Below are positions 21,400-30,809 of a DNA stretch of 64,000 bases, piece by piece. Position 1 is the stretch's first letter, and every line of letters begins with the position of its first letter. The notes below the pieces were generated by a model, which made no database searches, had not been told where the DNA came from, and was given only the letters and a program-made list of their open reading frames with translations. The position numbers and the translations under genes were made by a program. The stretch is from an uncultured Nitrospinota bacterium. GTDB lineage: Bacteria > Tectomicrobia > Entotheonellia > J063 > CAVPRW01. The DNA lies in the NCBI GenBank assembly GCA_963707985.1, contig CAVPRW010000031.1, positions 384,001 through 448,000 on the forward strand, read 5' to 3'.

Positions 21400-22239
21400 T
21401 CAGAAGAAGACGCCGATACGGACCTCCAGCTTGAAATTATACAGATCATAATCTTTGACGATGGGAGCGCTGACCTCCAGCGAGGTGACGAGCGTTGGCG
21501 TCACCAGCTTGCCCACCATCATATCCAGCGGCAAAAACAGCTTGTCGTGGTCCAGAAAATTGATCCGGATATCCGGACTCGGATAGAGCGTCACAAACCA
21601 TGACTGGGGGAGGTTGATGTTCACCTGCGGCTGGAGCTGCAGCACGCTGATGTGGGGACGGCCTGCATCGCCAGCGTAATCGAAGGCATAGCGGATGAGC
21701 CCGGCCACGAAGCTCCCTGGGCTGAAGTCGTGCAGGGAGTAGCGATAGGCGACAGTTGGTTCCAGCTGGTAGCGGCCGGTCCCGAATTGATCCTGGCTCG
21801 CCGTCGGAAATTCGAACCGTGCGCCAAGGGCGGCGGCATGCCACTGGTCGAAATGCTTGACCATCAAGCCCTGCACCAAGAGATCGCCTGTGCCCAGCGT
21901 CCAGGCGCCGTTGGGGTTGTCGGCACTGGAGACATCGGTATAGACGAAGGGCTATCCAGGCGATTGGCCCGTTGCCAGCCATGGCCTAGCACAAGGCGGT
22001 GATCGACGCGCGGGGTGAAGATGTGCTCGTCACGGTTTCCTGAGAGGGCTTCGTACTCGTAGCGAAAATCGAAGCGCGTCAGCGGCCGTGTCGGGTCCTG
22101 CCCGTTGTTCACGGCTTCCGAATCCGTCGCCGGCGCAGTGGTCCGCTCCCCAGCCCAGCAGGCCATCGGCCATCGCGAGCCCCAGCCCCATCTCCAGGAC
22201 TACGACCGGCAGTCGAAACCCCCGAGGTATCTCCGCCAA
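21400..22239 (-). CDS. Putative outer-membrane beta-barrel 'transporter' (frameshifted)
   Basis: NNGQDPTRPLTRFD; FPTAS.D.FGTG.YQL.P; C-terminal IGVFF; split over ORFs 22030-22239, 21864-22166 and 21400-21879. Confidence 0.7.
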
Positions 22240-22255
22240 CCGCCGCGTCCAGGCG

Positions 22256-22966
22256 TCAAGTGGATTTTGGATCCGGCGGCTGCAGCGCCTCAGCCAGCCT
22301 CAGCCCCACCAATTGCGCCACGATCACCGCGATGTAGAATTGTCCGAACACGGCCTCGATCAATGTGAGCGATGTCGCGGGAGGCCTGATGGGCGTGATG
22401 TCGCCATAGCCCAGGGTGGTCAGCGTCATGAGGCTGTAGTAATCGAACACCGCTTGCCGCGCATACCAACCGCCCAGCTGTCCGGCAATGGCCTCCTGCA
22501 CGCTGAAAGAGCCGGGGACGAGCAGCTCGACGAGCAGGTAGAGGCTTCCCCAGGCGATGCCGGCCAGCAGATAGCCGCAGACGGCGCCAAGGACGTCGTC
22601 ACCCCCGACCACTTTGCGCTCGAAAATGCGACGCAGGATCACCGTCACCGCGAAGCCAAGGAACGCGACCAGGAAGGCATGATGGATCACCGCCAGGGCT
22701 GGCTCGAACCTCTCTGGCACGGTGTAATGCGCCCAGTTACTGGCCATGACCGGCAAGCCGATCAGCAGGAACACGAGGCGCACGTGCCGGCGCTGGAAGA
22801 CGATGAAGAGGACGGTGACCACGAGCAGATTGCGCAACACTTCGGAGATCATCAAACCGGCCAGGAACCCATGTGCCAACGGTTGCACGACGATCGTGGA
22901 AGCCACGGCCAGCAACAACACCAGGTATTTTCGCTCTCTCAGTCTGTTCAAGAAGGCGTTCTTCAT
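22256..22966 (-). CDS. Potassium channel family protein, copy 2
   Basis: TLTTLGYGDITP; colinear with and highly similar to 1277-1987. Confidence 0.9.
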   Translation of the reverse strand: MKNAFLNRLRERKYLVLLLAVASTIVVQPLAHGFLAGLMISEVLRNLLVVTVLFIVFQRRHVRLVFLLIGLPVMASNWAHYTVPERFEPALAVIHHAFLVAFLGFAVTVILRRIFERKVVGGDDVLGAVCGYLLAGIAWGSLYLLVELLVPGSFSVQEAIAGQLGGWYARQAVFDYYSLMTLTTLGYGDITPIRPPATSLTLIEAVFGQFYIAVIVAQLVGLRLAEALQPPDPKST

Positions 22967-23174
22967 CGACTGCCCCTCGTGCCAGAACCCTGTCCGCTGC
23001 TGTGCATTCGCGACTGGACCGTGGTGCCCCGACGATTGGAGGAAAGGACCCGAAGCAGATCGCCTCGACCTTCTGGCGCCAGGGCAGGCCTCCGAGACCG
23101 TCTCGTGTGTGATTCTGCAGCAGTTTGCAAAACGGCAACCGGCAATGCCGCTGAAGGGGGATTCATGGAAGGGC

Positions 23175-23470
23175 CTACACCAGGAGTCGCTGAAAACCTT
23201 CCTGCTCAAAGTGGCGATCCGTTGTCAACGCTTCCGTGAGGCGCCGCTGACGCATCCGGACAAAGCTCACCGCCTCACACAGCGAGTATGGTTTGTCTTG
23301 TCGCGCTATGAGGAGTGCCAGCGCTTCGCGGTGGAGAGCCTCATCAACCCAGACGGTTGCGATATCAGGATTCGCTACGAGATCTATGACAAAGGTAAGG
23401 GCGGCCCCACGGGGTAGACGCCGTGCACTGGCCAGCGCGATACACTCTGCCAATGCATTGCTGTGGGGAA
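23175..23470 (-). pseudogene. PIN-domain (VapC-like) toxin, 5'-truncated
   Basis: DK.YSLC.AVSF..M......ALTTDRHFEQEGF; the N-terminal D-T motif is absent. Confidence 0.75.
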
Positions 23471-23660
23471 GTTGGAGAGTGGCTTCGATTTGGAGACTCA
23501 CATCACATCGCTCGCCACATCGAAACGACTGCTCTCGCCTTCACGCCCTGCCTCCTCTCTCGTTGCCTTCATGGTGAACGGCCTTCGACATCTCGCTCCC
23601 CAGTTCTCCTTAATGCATGCTCAGGAGACCTCTTTGGGCATGCAGGGCCTTCCATGCGAC

Positions 23661-24864
23661 CCCGTATGGTTGAAATAATGTGCCGAGTCACGCCGCCTCT
23701 CGATGGTAGTAGCTCAGCAACCCACCGAGGCGCTCTCGACGCACCACCAACCCACATTGCTTCTCCATACCGGACTCTGGGACAATGAGCTGGTTCCCAA
23801 GACCTTGATGATTTCTCTCATGATGGTAATGGGTCCGGTACGATTGGATCACCGTGCGGAGCGCCGCTTCTCCGATCACGATCATCTGCTTGAGCGCTTC
23901 CTCTTTGATCGAGCGCACGAATCGTTCGCAATAGGCGTTGAGGTTCGGACTCCGTGGCGGCTAAACGATCGGTTCAACGCTGCTGGCACTCAGCGTACGG
24001 TCGAAGCCATGCCGAACTTTCTCGTCCCGATCGTGGAGCAGGTACCGTTTCTCGAAGAGGAAACCTTCAAAGGGATCCGTCAACTGCCGGGCGCACTGCG
24101 TCATAAAGGCATCAGTCAGATGCGGGGTAATGCCCGCGACATGCACCCGCCGCGTGCTGAGCTCCATCACCACCAACACATAGTACGTCACCAGCCCATG
24201 CCAGGTCGCCACTTCCACCGTGAAAAAGTCCGTGGCGGCTAGGACGTCCCAGTGTATCTTCAGAAACTGTTGCCAGCTCATGCCAGCCTTGCGCCGCTGC
24301 GGAGCGGGCTCCAGGTGGTGACGACGCAGAATGTTCCGCACCGTGATCTTGTCGATACGATGTCCCAGGTTCGCCAAAGCCCCTTGGATGCGGCGATAGC
24401 CCCAGGTCGGATTCTCTTTGGCCATGCGCACAATCAGCCGCTCCGCTTCCTCGGCGATGCGAGGTCGGCCACATTGGCGACGTTGCTGGCTCCCGTCGAA
24501 CTTTTGCCCGATCAGACGCGTGTACCAGCGCAGGAGGGTCTCGGGGGTCGCGATCGTCGCGACCTCTTGCAGGCGTGTGCGACCAAGGGGGTGGGCCAAC
24601 ATCCCAAGGCGGCGACGTTCCGTGTCCGTGAGGCGGAGCCGGCGGCCACTAAGTTGGGCTTTCAGGACGCGGTTTTCCGCAAGGAGGTACGTGATGACCT
24701 CTTGCTGCTGACGTTGGAGCCAGCCAGCGACCATGGCGATCAGGACGTGGAGGATCATGGCCGTTCCTCAGGTTGGAGGCATGACGAGATGGTTCGGTCC
24801 AGTATACACCCAACCTGAGCAACCTCAATGAGGTAGAGACAGCAGAGATTTTCAACCATACGGG
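23661..24864 (-). mobile_element. IS with HTH + integrase-core (rve) transposase (IS481/IS3-like), internally disrupted; 15-bp perfect TIRs
   Basis: CCCGTATGGTTGAAA (23661-23675) and TTTCAACCATACGGG (24850-24864). Transposase in ORFs 23961-24758 and 23688-23918 (WGYRRIQG, ATDFFTV, HDRD, RLGGLLSYY). Confidence 0.85.
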
Positions 24865-25205
24865 TTCCATGGACCCGACGGCCGAGTTTGCCCAACTTGG
24901 CCCAAACCCAACACTCATGACGGTTTTGTCAACTTGTTGACTGTGCTTCCTGACCCATGACATAATGACCTGGCGTTGACCCTCCATGACCAATCGACCC
25001 CCAGGATAGGCAGCCAGGCATGACCCCACCCGCAGACACCGAGCGTGACAACAACCACCTGTGGCTCCCGAAAATTCATGACACTCGAAAATCATTGACT
25101 TTTCCTGCATCTGCCGTCAATCTGGGTGGTAGTGTTGTGCCTCTCAAGCTCTGTGGGGAGCACCCGTGGAAACCTTGCCAATCGTCACGGATGAGGTCAT
25201 CTACG

Positions 25206-26234
25206 ATGCCACCGGTCATATGTGCGCTGCTCGCGTGTCTCGCCGCGTGCTTTCGGTCCCGCCGCTCCATACAACTGGAAATCCTGGCCCTGCGGCATCA
25301 GCTGGCGGTCTACCAGCGATCAGTACCCAGGCCACGCATCCAGCCGGCGGATCGGCTGCTCTGGGCCTGGCTCGCCCGCGTGTGGCCAGGGTGGCAAACC
25401 GCGCTCGCCTTCGTCCAGCCTCGCACCGTCATTACGTGGCAGCGCACACGCATTCAGGACTATTGGCGACGGTTGAGTCAAGGCGGCAGGCCAGGCCGGC
25501 CGGCAGTGGCTAAGGACCTCCAGGACTTGATTCGCCGGATGTCGCAGGCCAATTCGAGGTGGGGTTCCCCCCGGATGATGGGCGAACTCCGGAAACTCGG
25601 CATTGACGTGGCAAAGTCCACGGTCGAAACGTATCGTGTCCGACCACGGAAGCCCTCATCACCGACATGGCAGACCTTCCTGAAGAACCATGTGCAAGAC
25701 TTGGTATCGCTCGATTTCTTCACCGTCCCTACTGTGGCGCACAAGGTCTTGTTTGTGCTGCTGATCCTGGCCCACAACCGCCGACGGCTCGTGCACTTCA
25801 ACATCACCGAGCATCCCACGGTGCAGTGGACCGCTCAGCAGGTGGTTGAAGCCTTCCCCTGGGGCGAAGCTCCACACTATCTGCTGCGCGATCGCGACAA
25901 CATCTATGGCGCCCATTTTCGGCCGCGCGTCCGGCATATGGGAATCGAGGAGGTCGGGATTGCCCTGCGCTCGCCGTGGCAGAATCCGTACGTGGAACGG
26001 CTGATAGGCAGCATCCGTCGGGAGGTGCTCGATCACGTCATCGTGCTGCACGAGCCGCATCTGAGGCGCATTCTGACCGATTACTTCCAGTATTACCATC
26101 GTTTCCGTACTCATTTGTCGTTAGCTATGGACTGCCCAGAGCCACGGCCAGTTCACCCTCCTGCCCGCGGTAAGGTCGTCGCGGTGCCCGAGGTGGGGGG
26201 ACTCCATCATCACTACGAACGCCGCGCGGCCTGA
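25206..26234 (+). CDS. Integrase-core (rve) DDE transposase
   Basis: LEILALRHQL, WGSPR, LDFFTV, RDRD, SPWQNPYVERLIGSIRRE, GGLHHHYERRAA; open frame. Confidence 0.9.
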   Translation: MPPVICALLACLAACFRSRRSIQLEILALRHQLAVYQRSVPRPRIQPADRLLWAWLARVWPGWQTALAFVQPRTVITWQRTRIQDYWRRLSQGGRPGRPAVAKDLQDLIRRMSQANSRWGSPRMMGELRKLGIDVAKSTVETYRVRPRKPSSPTWQTFLKNHVQDLVSLDFFTVPTVAHKVLFVLLILAHNRRRLVHFNITEHPTVQWTAQQVVEAFPWGEAPHYLLRDRDNIYGAHFRPRVRHMGIEEVGIALRSPWQNPYVERLIGSIRREVLDHVIVLHEPHLRRILTDYFQYYHRFRTHLSLAMDCPEPRPVHPPARGKVVAVPEVGGLHHHYERRAA

Positions 26235-26377
26235 AAAGGCATCCTCTTAATCTATTGATCCATAAGCGTGACAGATATTCAGGGACGTGTGCGAGAACCA
26301 CAGGTGTCATGCGAAAGCCGTGTTGCTACGGGTGCGAAGTCGGAAATGAACCGTTGCCCAAGCATGAGGTGTAGCCT

Positions 26378-26593
26378 ATGAAAACGATTATCCAGATGTC
26401 AGAGGCTGAGGAGGCCAAGGCGTTACCCCTGCTCTTACGTCATTCCCCAGGGACCGTGTTGCCGAATCGCATCTACGTGGTCAGTGAGGAAGTGGTGAAA
26501 CAGCTGCGGGAAGCGGGCGTACAGTTCACCGAATTGAGCCGGGAGTCCAACGCTCCAACCCTGGAGGGAGTCGGCTCTGGTGAAAGAATATGA
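26378..26593 (+). CDS. Hypothetical protein (71 aa)
   Basis: SD GAGGTG; 3' end overlaps the start of the next ORF. Confidence 0.65.
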   Translation: MKTIIQMSEAEEAKALPLLLRHSPGTVLPNRIYVVSEEVVKQLREAGVQFTELSRESNAPTLEGVGSGERI

Positions 26594-26888
26594 TCTCTTT
26601 GTTCCGCTGTATTACAACGACGGCAGACCGGTTGAACCGCAGCAGTTTCAAGCTTTGCAGCAGCAGCTTCTCGGTCAGTTTGGCGGCCTCACCTTCTTTC
26701 CCCAACCCAATGAAGGCTTCTGGACGGTGGCAGGCGTCACCTATCGTGATGCCATCGTTATCTACCGCGTGCTGACGTCCGACGCGCAGGAAGCGCGACA
26801 GTTCTTGTCTGCTCTCAAAGAACGACTGAAGGAGCAGTTGCAGCAGGAGGAGATTCTCATCGTCGAGCGCGATGTGGAAACGCTGTAA
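26580..26888 (+). CDS. Hypothetical protein (102 aa), possible ferredoxin/PII-like fold
   Basis: SD GGAGGGAG; YD..VPL..NDG, FGGLT, G.W, LK..L.QEEI; overlaps the upstream ORF. Confidence 0.7.
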   Translation: MKEYDLFVPLYYNDGRPVEPQQFQALQQQLLGQFGGLTFFPQPNEGFWTVAGVTYRDAIVIYRVLTSDAQEARQFLSALKERLKEQLQQEEILIVERDVETL

Positions 26889-27356
26889 CGACTGTTGTTT
26901 TTCTGAGTTACGAATTCTCGGGAACCACAGGGCCTCGGACCACGTCATCTGATGCCCCACCTCCGTCCGGGAGATCGACGGATGGCCTCGGCGCTCACAC
27001 GCTTGCCGCCAGAGAAGTTGGAGCATGGCTTCAATGGGTGTCTTCAGAGGCATGTGCACGCTTCTCCTGCCTTTGCATAGGCTGACAACGTAAAGCCGCT
27101 TAGAAACTTCAACATGGGTCACGTCAGGACGTACCGTTGTCACCCCTGTATCCTCTACGATTCGAAGACTCACATCACCTCACTGGCCACAACGTCCGGC
27201 GCCTATAGCTTCATCGATCTGCTCCTTCACGGCCCACAAGTCGAAGGAGTCCGACTTCTGCATCGGCAGGAACGCGATGGCCGTTCGAATCGTCGCTGGC
27301 ACTCGATCTCTCCTCCTCGGTGTGCCGGCCATGCCACGCACGCCATGCCCCCCGAT

Positions 27357-28166
27357 CTACTTGGGGAAGAGAAACTGCAGCTGGAAGCGCAGCTGCCAGT
27401 CGGCCGCCAACTGGGGCCGCTCCACGTTGTAGAAGGCCTGCAGCTGGGTATTGATCGGCAGCTTGTCCAGCTTGAACAGCTTCCCCACACCCCCACCCAC
27501 CGGCACGGTCCACTTATCGCCACTGCTGGCCTCCCAGTTCGCCGTGATGATGGGGGCGCTCACCAGGTACAAGCCGTCCGGCAGGTTGTAATTGACGAAC
27601 GGCTGGATCAGCATGGCGCTCACATCCTGGTCGCCCCAGCCGGCGAACGACCACTGCTGGTTGGCGAGCGCGCCGAAGACCCAGGGGCCTTGCATGCTCA
27701 GCGCCACGGCCGCCGGCCCCATGCTCCACTGGCTCGTGCCCAGCCGCGAGTCGGTCGCCGTCGGCAGGGTGAACGTCGGCCCCACGCCCCAGATGAGCTT
27801 GCCGGGCTTCGCCGGGGACAGGAAGAACGTAGGATTGAGGTCCCCCAGCCCGAAGGCGCTGTCGTCGCCCGGAAACAGCGACGGCTGGTTGATGATGGGC
27901 ATGATGGTCCGGGTGATGAGATTCCAATCCTCGGTCAGCTTGAGCGGGATCACCGGCTGCACGTTGAGGACGTAGATCGTCGCGTCGTTCGGGCCGGCGC
28001 TGAAGTTGAAGTTATTCTGAAACGGCACGCTGATCAGGTCGGCCACTGGGTTCTGCGTTTTCTTCGCCAATTCCGACGCGCTCTCTTCCGCCGCCCACAG
28101 CGGCGCTGTCATCAACACCGTGATCAGACACCACACGGGCACAGTGATGCTCGTGGTCACGCGCAT
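27357..28166 (-). CDS. Outer-membrane beta-barrel of the family usually annotated 'neuromedin U'
   Basis: ELAKKTQNPVADLISVPFQNN, LNVQPVIP, GLGD, PTAT...LG, QPF.NYN, WTVPVGGG, FLFPK. Confidence 0.85.
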   Translation of the reverse strand: MRVTTSITVPVWCLITVLMTAPLWAAEESASELAKKTQNPVADLISVPFQNNFNFSAGPNDATIYVLNVQPVIPLKLTEDWNLITRTIMPIINQPSLFPGDDSAFGLGDLNPTFFLSPAKPGKLIWGVGPTFTLPTATDSRLGTSQWSMGPAAVALSMQGPWVFGALANQQWSFAGWGDQDVSAMLIQPFVNYNLPDGLYLVSAPIITANWEASSGDKWTVPVGGGVGKLFKLDKLPINTQLQAFYNVERPQLAADWQLRFQLQFLFPK

Positions 28167-28387
28167 GGGTTTCCTCCCTGCTGCTGCGCTGGGTAAGCTG
28201 GCTGCTCCTGCTTCTCCTCCCGCCATTCCCTGGCCCGTCTCATTCCGCCGAAGAGGGCGCCCACGCCGGCCCCTGGCCGAGCGGCGGCAGCGTTCCGTCG
28301 TACTGGGAGTAATCGCTGACCCCCATCGCGGGGCGGGCGCCCCACGATGGGGCGCCCGCGAGGTCACATCAGGCTCGTCTCAAGAGC

Positions 28388-30514
28388 CTAGTCGCTCGCG
28401 TGAGCACCCTTCTTCATCTGATCCAGGATCCCAGTGAGGTTGTAGGTCTCGGGAGCCTGCAGCGGCGGGTAGGTCTCGTACGACATCAAGTGCTTCTCCC
28501 ACAGCTGCTGGCCGATGGGAAGCATGTTCCAGTCATACTGAAAGGCGGTCATAGGGGCGCCGAGCGCACCGCCCAGGCTCATGGCCGACTTCTGGTCGAT
28601 GCCCACAAACTGCTCGAAGGGATCGCGCTTGATGTTCTGGACCAACGTGAAGTGAAACGGCACGAGTGGCATGATCCAGCCGGCCGGTCCGGGCTGCGAC
28701 ATGTTGTAGTACATCTTCCAGTTCTTGTAGCGCACCGCCGACGGCGTCGAGCCCGAGAAGTAGAAGAAGTAGTCGCGCGCCGAGGTCGGGGACTTGCCCT
28801 CGAGGTAGTCACGCTGGTTGACACCGTCAAGGGTCGTCTTGACGATGCCGGGATACTTTCCAGCCTCGATCTGCTGCTTCAACCCATCCCCTTTGGGCCC
28901 ACCGGCGATGTCCACCAGCGTGGGCACCCAGTCGAGGGCGGCGAACAACTGGTTATGCACCGTACCCGGCTTGATGACCCCCGGCCAGCGGATGACCATC
29001 GGGGCGCGGTAGCCGCCCTCCCAGGCCTCGCCTTTCTGGCCTTTGAACGGCGTGACGCCCCCGTCCGGAAAGCTGATCGACTCGGCGCCGTTGTCGGTGG
29101 TGAAGACGACGATGGTGTTATCCAGCTGGCCCATGGCCTCCAGCTTCTTCAACACGTCGCCGATGTTGTCGTCCATCTGCTTCATGCCGGCTTCGTTGAC
29201 ACCCCAGTCCTTGCCGCCCCGCACGCCCAGCATAGCTTCATACTTTGGCGACAGCATGGTCACGACGTGCATGCGCGCCGGGTTGTACCAGACGAAGAAG
29301 GGCTTGCCGGTATTCTTGGGGTCGTTGCGGTCCAGGAAGTCGATGACCTTGGCCGAGATCTCCTCGTCCACCGTCCTCGAGCGGTCCAGCGTCAGCGGGC
29401 CCTCGTCCTTGCACGTCTGATTCGCTTCCGTGCCGTCGGAGGACTTGCACCAGATGACCGGGCGCGGGGGTGTCAGGCAGATTGTCGTCTTGGGGTCCAC
29501 GGCGCCGGGGACCTCGGGAAGGCCGGGGACCGGCGTGTTCTTGCACGGTGGCGCGACGGCCTGCTCGGTCGGGGTCTTGTTGATGTCTGGGAAGCTCACC
29601 TGCTGTACCGCGTCCAGGTGGTAGAGGTAGCCCCAGTACTCCTGGAAGCCGTGCGCCGTCGGCAGGGCCGCGGTGTGGTCGCCCAGGTGGTTCTTGCCGA
29701 ACTCGCCGGTGGTATAGCCGAGATCGATCAGGAACTTGGCGAGCGCCGGCGTGCCGGGTCGCAGGTAGGACGGGCTGCCGGGCAGCTGCGGCGGGATCAT
29801 GCCGGTGCGCAGCGGATACATGCCGGTGAAGAAGGCATTGCGCCCGGACGTGCAGCTCTGCATGGCGACGTAGTCGACGAACATCGCGCCCTCATGGCCG
29901 ATGCGGTCGATGTTGGGCGTTTCCCCGACCATCAGGCCGCGGTGGTAGATGCTCGGCTGCATCCAGCCGATGTCGTCGCCCATGATGAACAGGATGTTGG
30001 GCTTTGCATCGAGCCTGATCAGCGCCACGCGACGGTTGAGCGCCCGGCCTTCCGGCGTGTCATTGCTGGCGACGGGCTGGTTCTGGCCGGCACCCTGCGT
30101 TTCCAGGCGTGAGTCCTGGATGCCGCGGCCGACCAGCGCCAACTTGACGGCGTTGGCCCGTTGCAGCGACAGCACTTGGTTGCGCGCCGCATCGCCGGTC
30201 GAGTCGGTGTGGCCGACGATGCTCAGCCGCCAAATCGGGAAGTTCTTGAGCATCTGCGCGATGTCGTCGAACAACGGCTCTGTCTCGGGCCGGGTCGTCG
30301 CCTTATCGACGTCGAAATGGATGCCGTAGAGGTCGTAATTGTGCTTGGTCTCAAGCGCCTTCTGCATCGCCTCCCGACCATATTGCTTCTCAAGCTCCTC
30401 CGCCGTCTGCGCCGAGACCGAGGGAGAAAGGAGGAACAGGGAAAGCCCAAGAGAGATGGCCACCGGGCTTGCCCCAAGCAGGCTCAGCCACCGAGATATT
30501 CCTATGCGTAGCAT
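28388..30514 (-). CDS. OmpA-like domain fused to an arylsulfatase
   Basis: Signal peptide; GHTDS.G....N..LS.QRA...NRRV, then KPNILFIMGDDIG, SCTSGR, GKNHLGD, TDNG. Confidence 0.9.
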   Translation of the reverse strand: MLRIGISRWLSLLGASPVAISLGLSLFLLSPSVSAQTAEELEKQYGREAMQKALETKHNYDLYGIHFDVDKATTRPETEPLFDDIAQMLKNFPIWRLSIVGHTDSTGDAARNQVLSLQRANAVKLALVGRGIQDSRLETQGAGQNQPVASNDTPEGRALNRRVALIRLDAKPNILFIMGDDIGWMQPSIYHRGLMVGETPNIDRIGHEGAMFVDYVAMQSCTSGRNAFFTGMYPLRTGMIPPQLPGSPSYLRPGTPALAKFLIDLGYTTGEFGKNHLGDHTAALPTAHGFQEYWGYLYHLDAVQQVSFPDINKTPTEQAVAPPCKNTPVPGLPEVPGAVDPKTTICLTPPRPVIWCKSSDGTEANQTCKDEGPLTLDRSRTVDEEISAKVIDFLDRNDPKNTGKPFFVWYNPARMHVVTMLSPKYEAMLGVRGGKDWGVNEAGMKQMDDNIGDVLKKLEAMGQLDNTIVVFTTDNGAESISFPDGGVTPFKGQKGEAWEGGYRAPMVIRWPGVIKPGTVHNQLFAALDWVPTLVDIAGGPKGDGLKQQIEAGKYPGIVKTTLDGVNQRDYLEGKSPTSARDYFFYFSGSTPSAVRYKNWKMYYNMSQPGPAGWIMPLVPFHFTLVQNIKRDPFEQFVGIDQKSAMSLGGALGAPMTAFQYDWNMLPIGQQLWEKHLMSYETYPPLQAPETYNLTGILDQMKKGAHASD

Positions 30515-30809
30515 GGTTCTTTCTCCTTCCACGTATGAGTGATGTGGTCAGATGCTAGCGGGGCGCCTCTTGCGAAGCACTCCGGTGACAAGCTGAACGA
30601 CCTACGACTTGACCATGATGCTCTCGACTTCCTTCTTGGCCAAGTTGCCTATCGGTTGCCTGCATCATGCTAGTGACCCATGTCTACCTCCTTTCTCGCC
30701 TGCTGGTTCACTCCATCATCCGGCGTACCATCAAACAGCAACCGGATGTGCGGTCGGATAACTGTCGTCGATGCACAGGATGTTGGGCTTCTACTCCGCC
30801 ATGCATGCA

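Larger units (their letters stand above)
25058..26931 (+). mobile_element. IS with integrase-core transposase plus two passenger genes
   Basis: CCTGTGGCTCCCGAAAATTC (25058-25077) vs reverse complement of 26912-26931, CCTGTGGTTCCCGAGAATTC (18/20). A weaker inner right end GCGAGAACCACAGG lies at 26291-26304. Confidence 0.75.

Noticed and set aside
22088..23239. 383-aa plus-strand ORF (and 1334-2146)
   Set aside because: Antisense shadows of the K+ channel genes.
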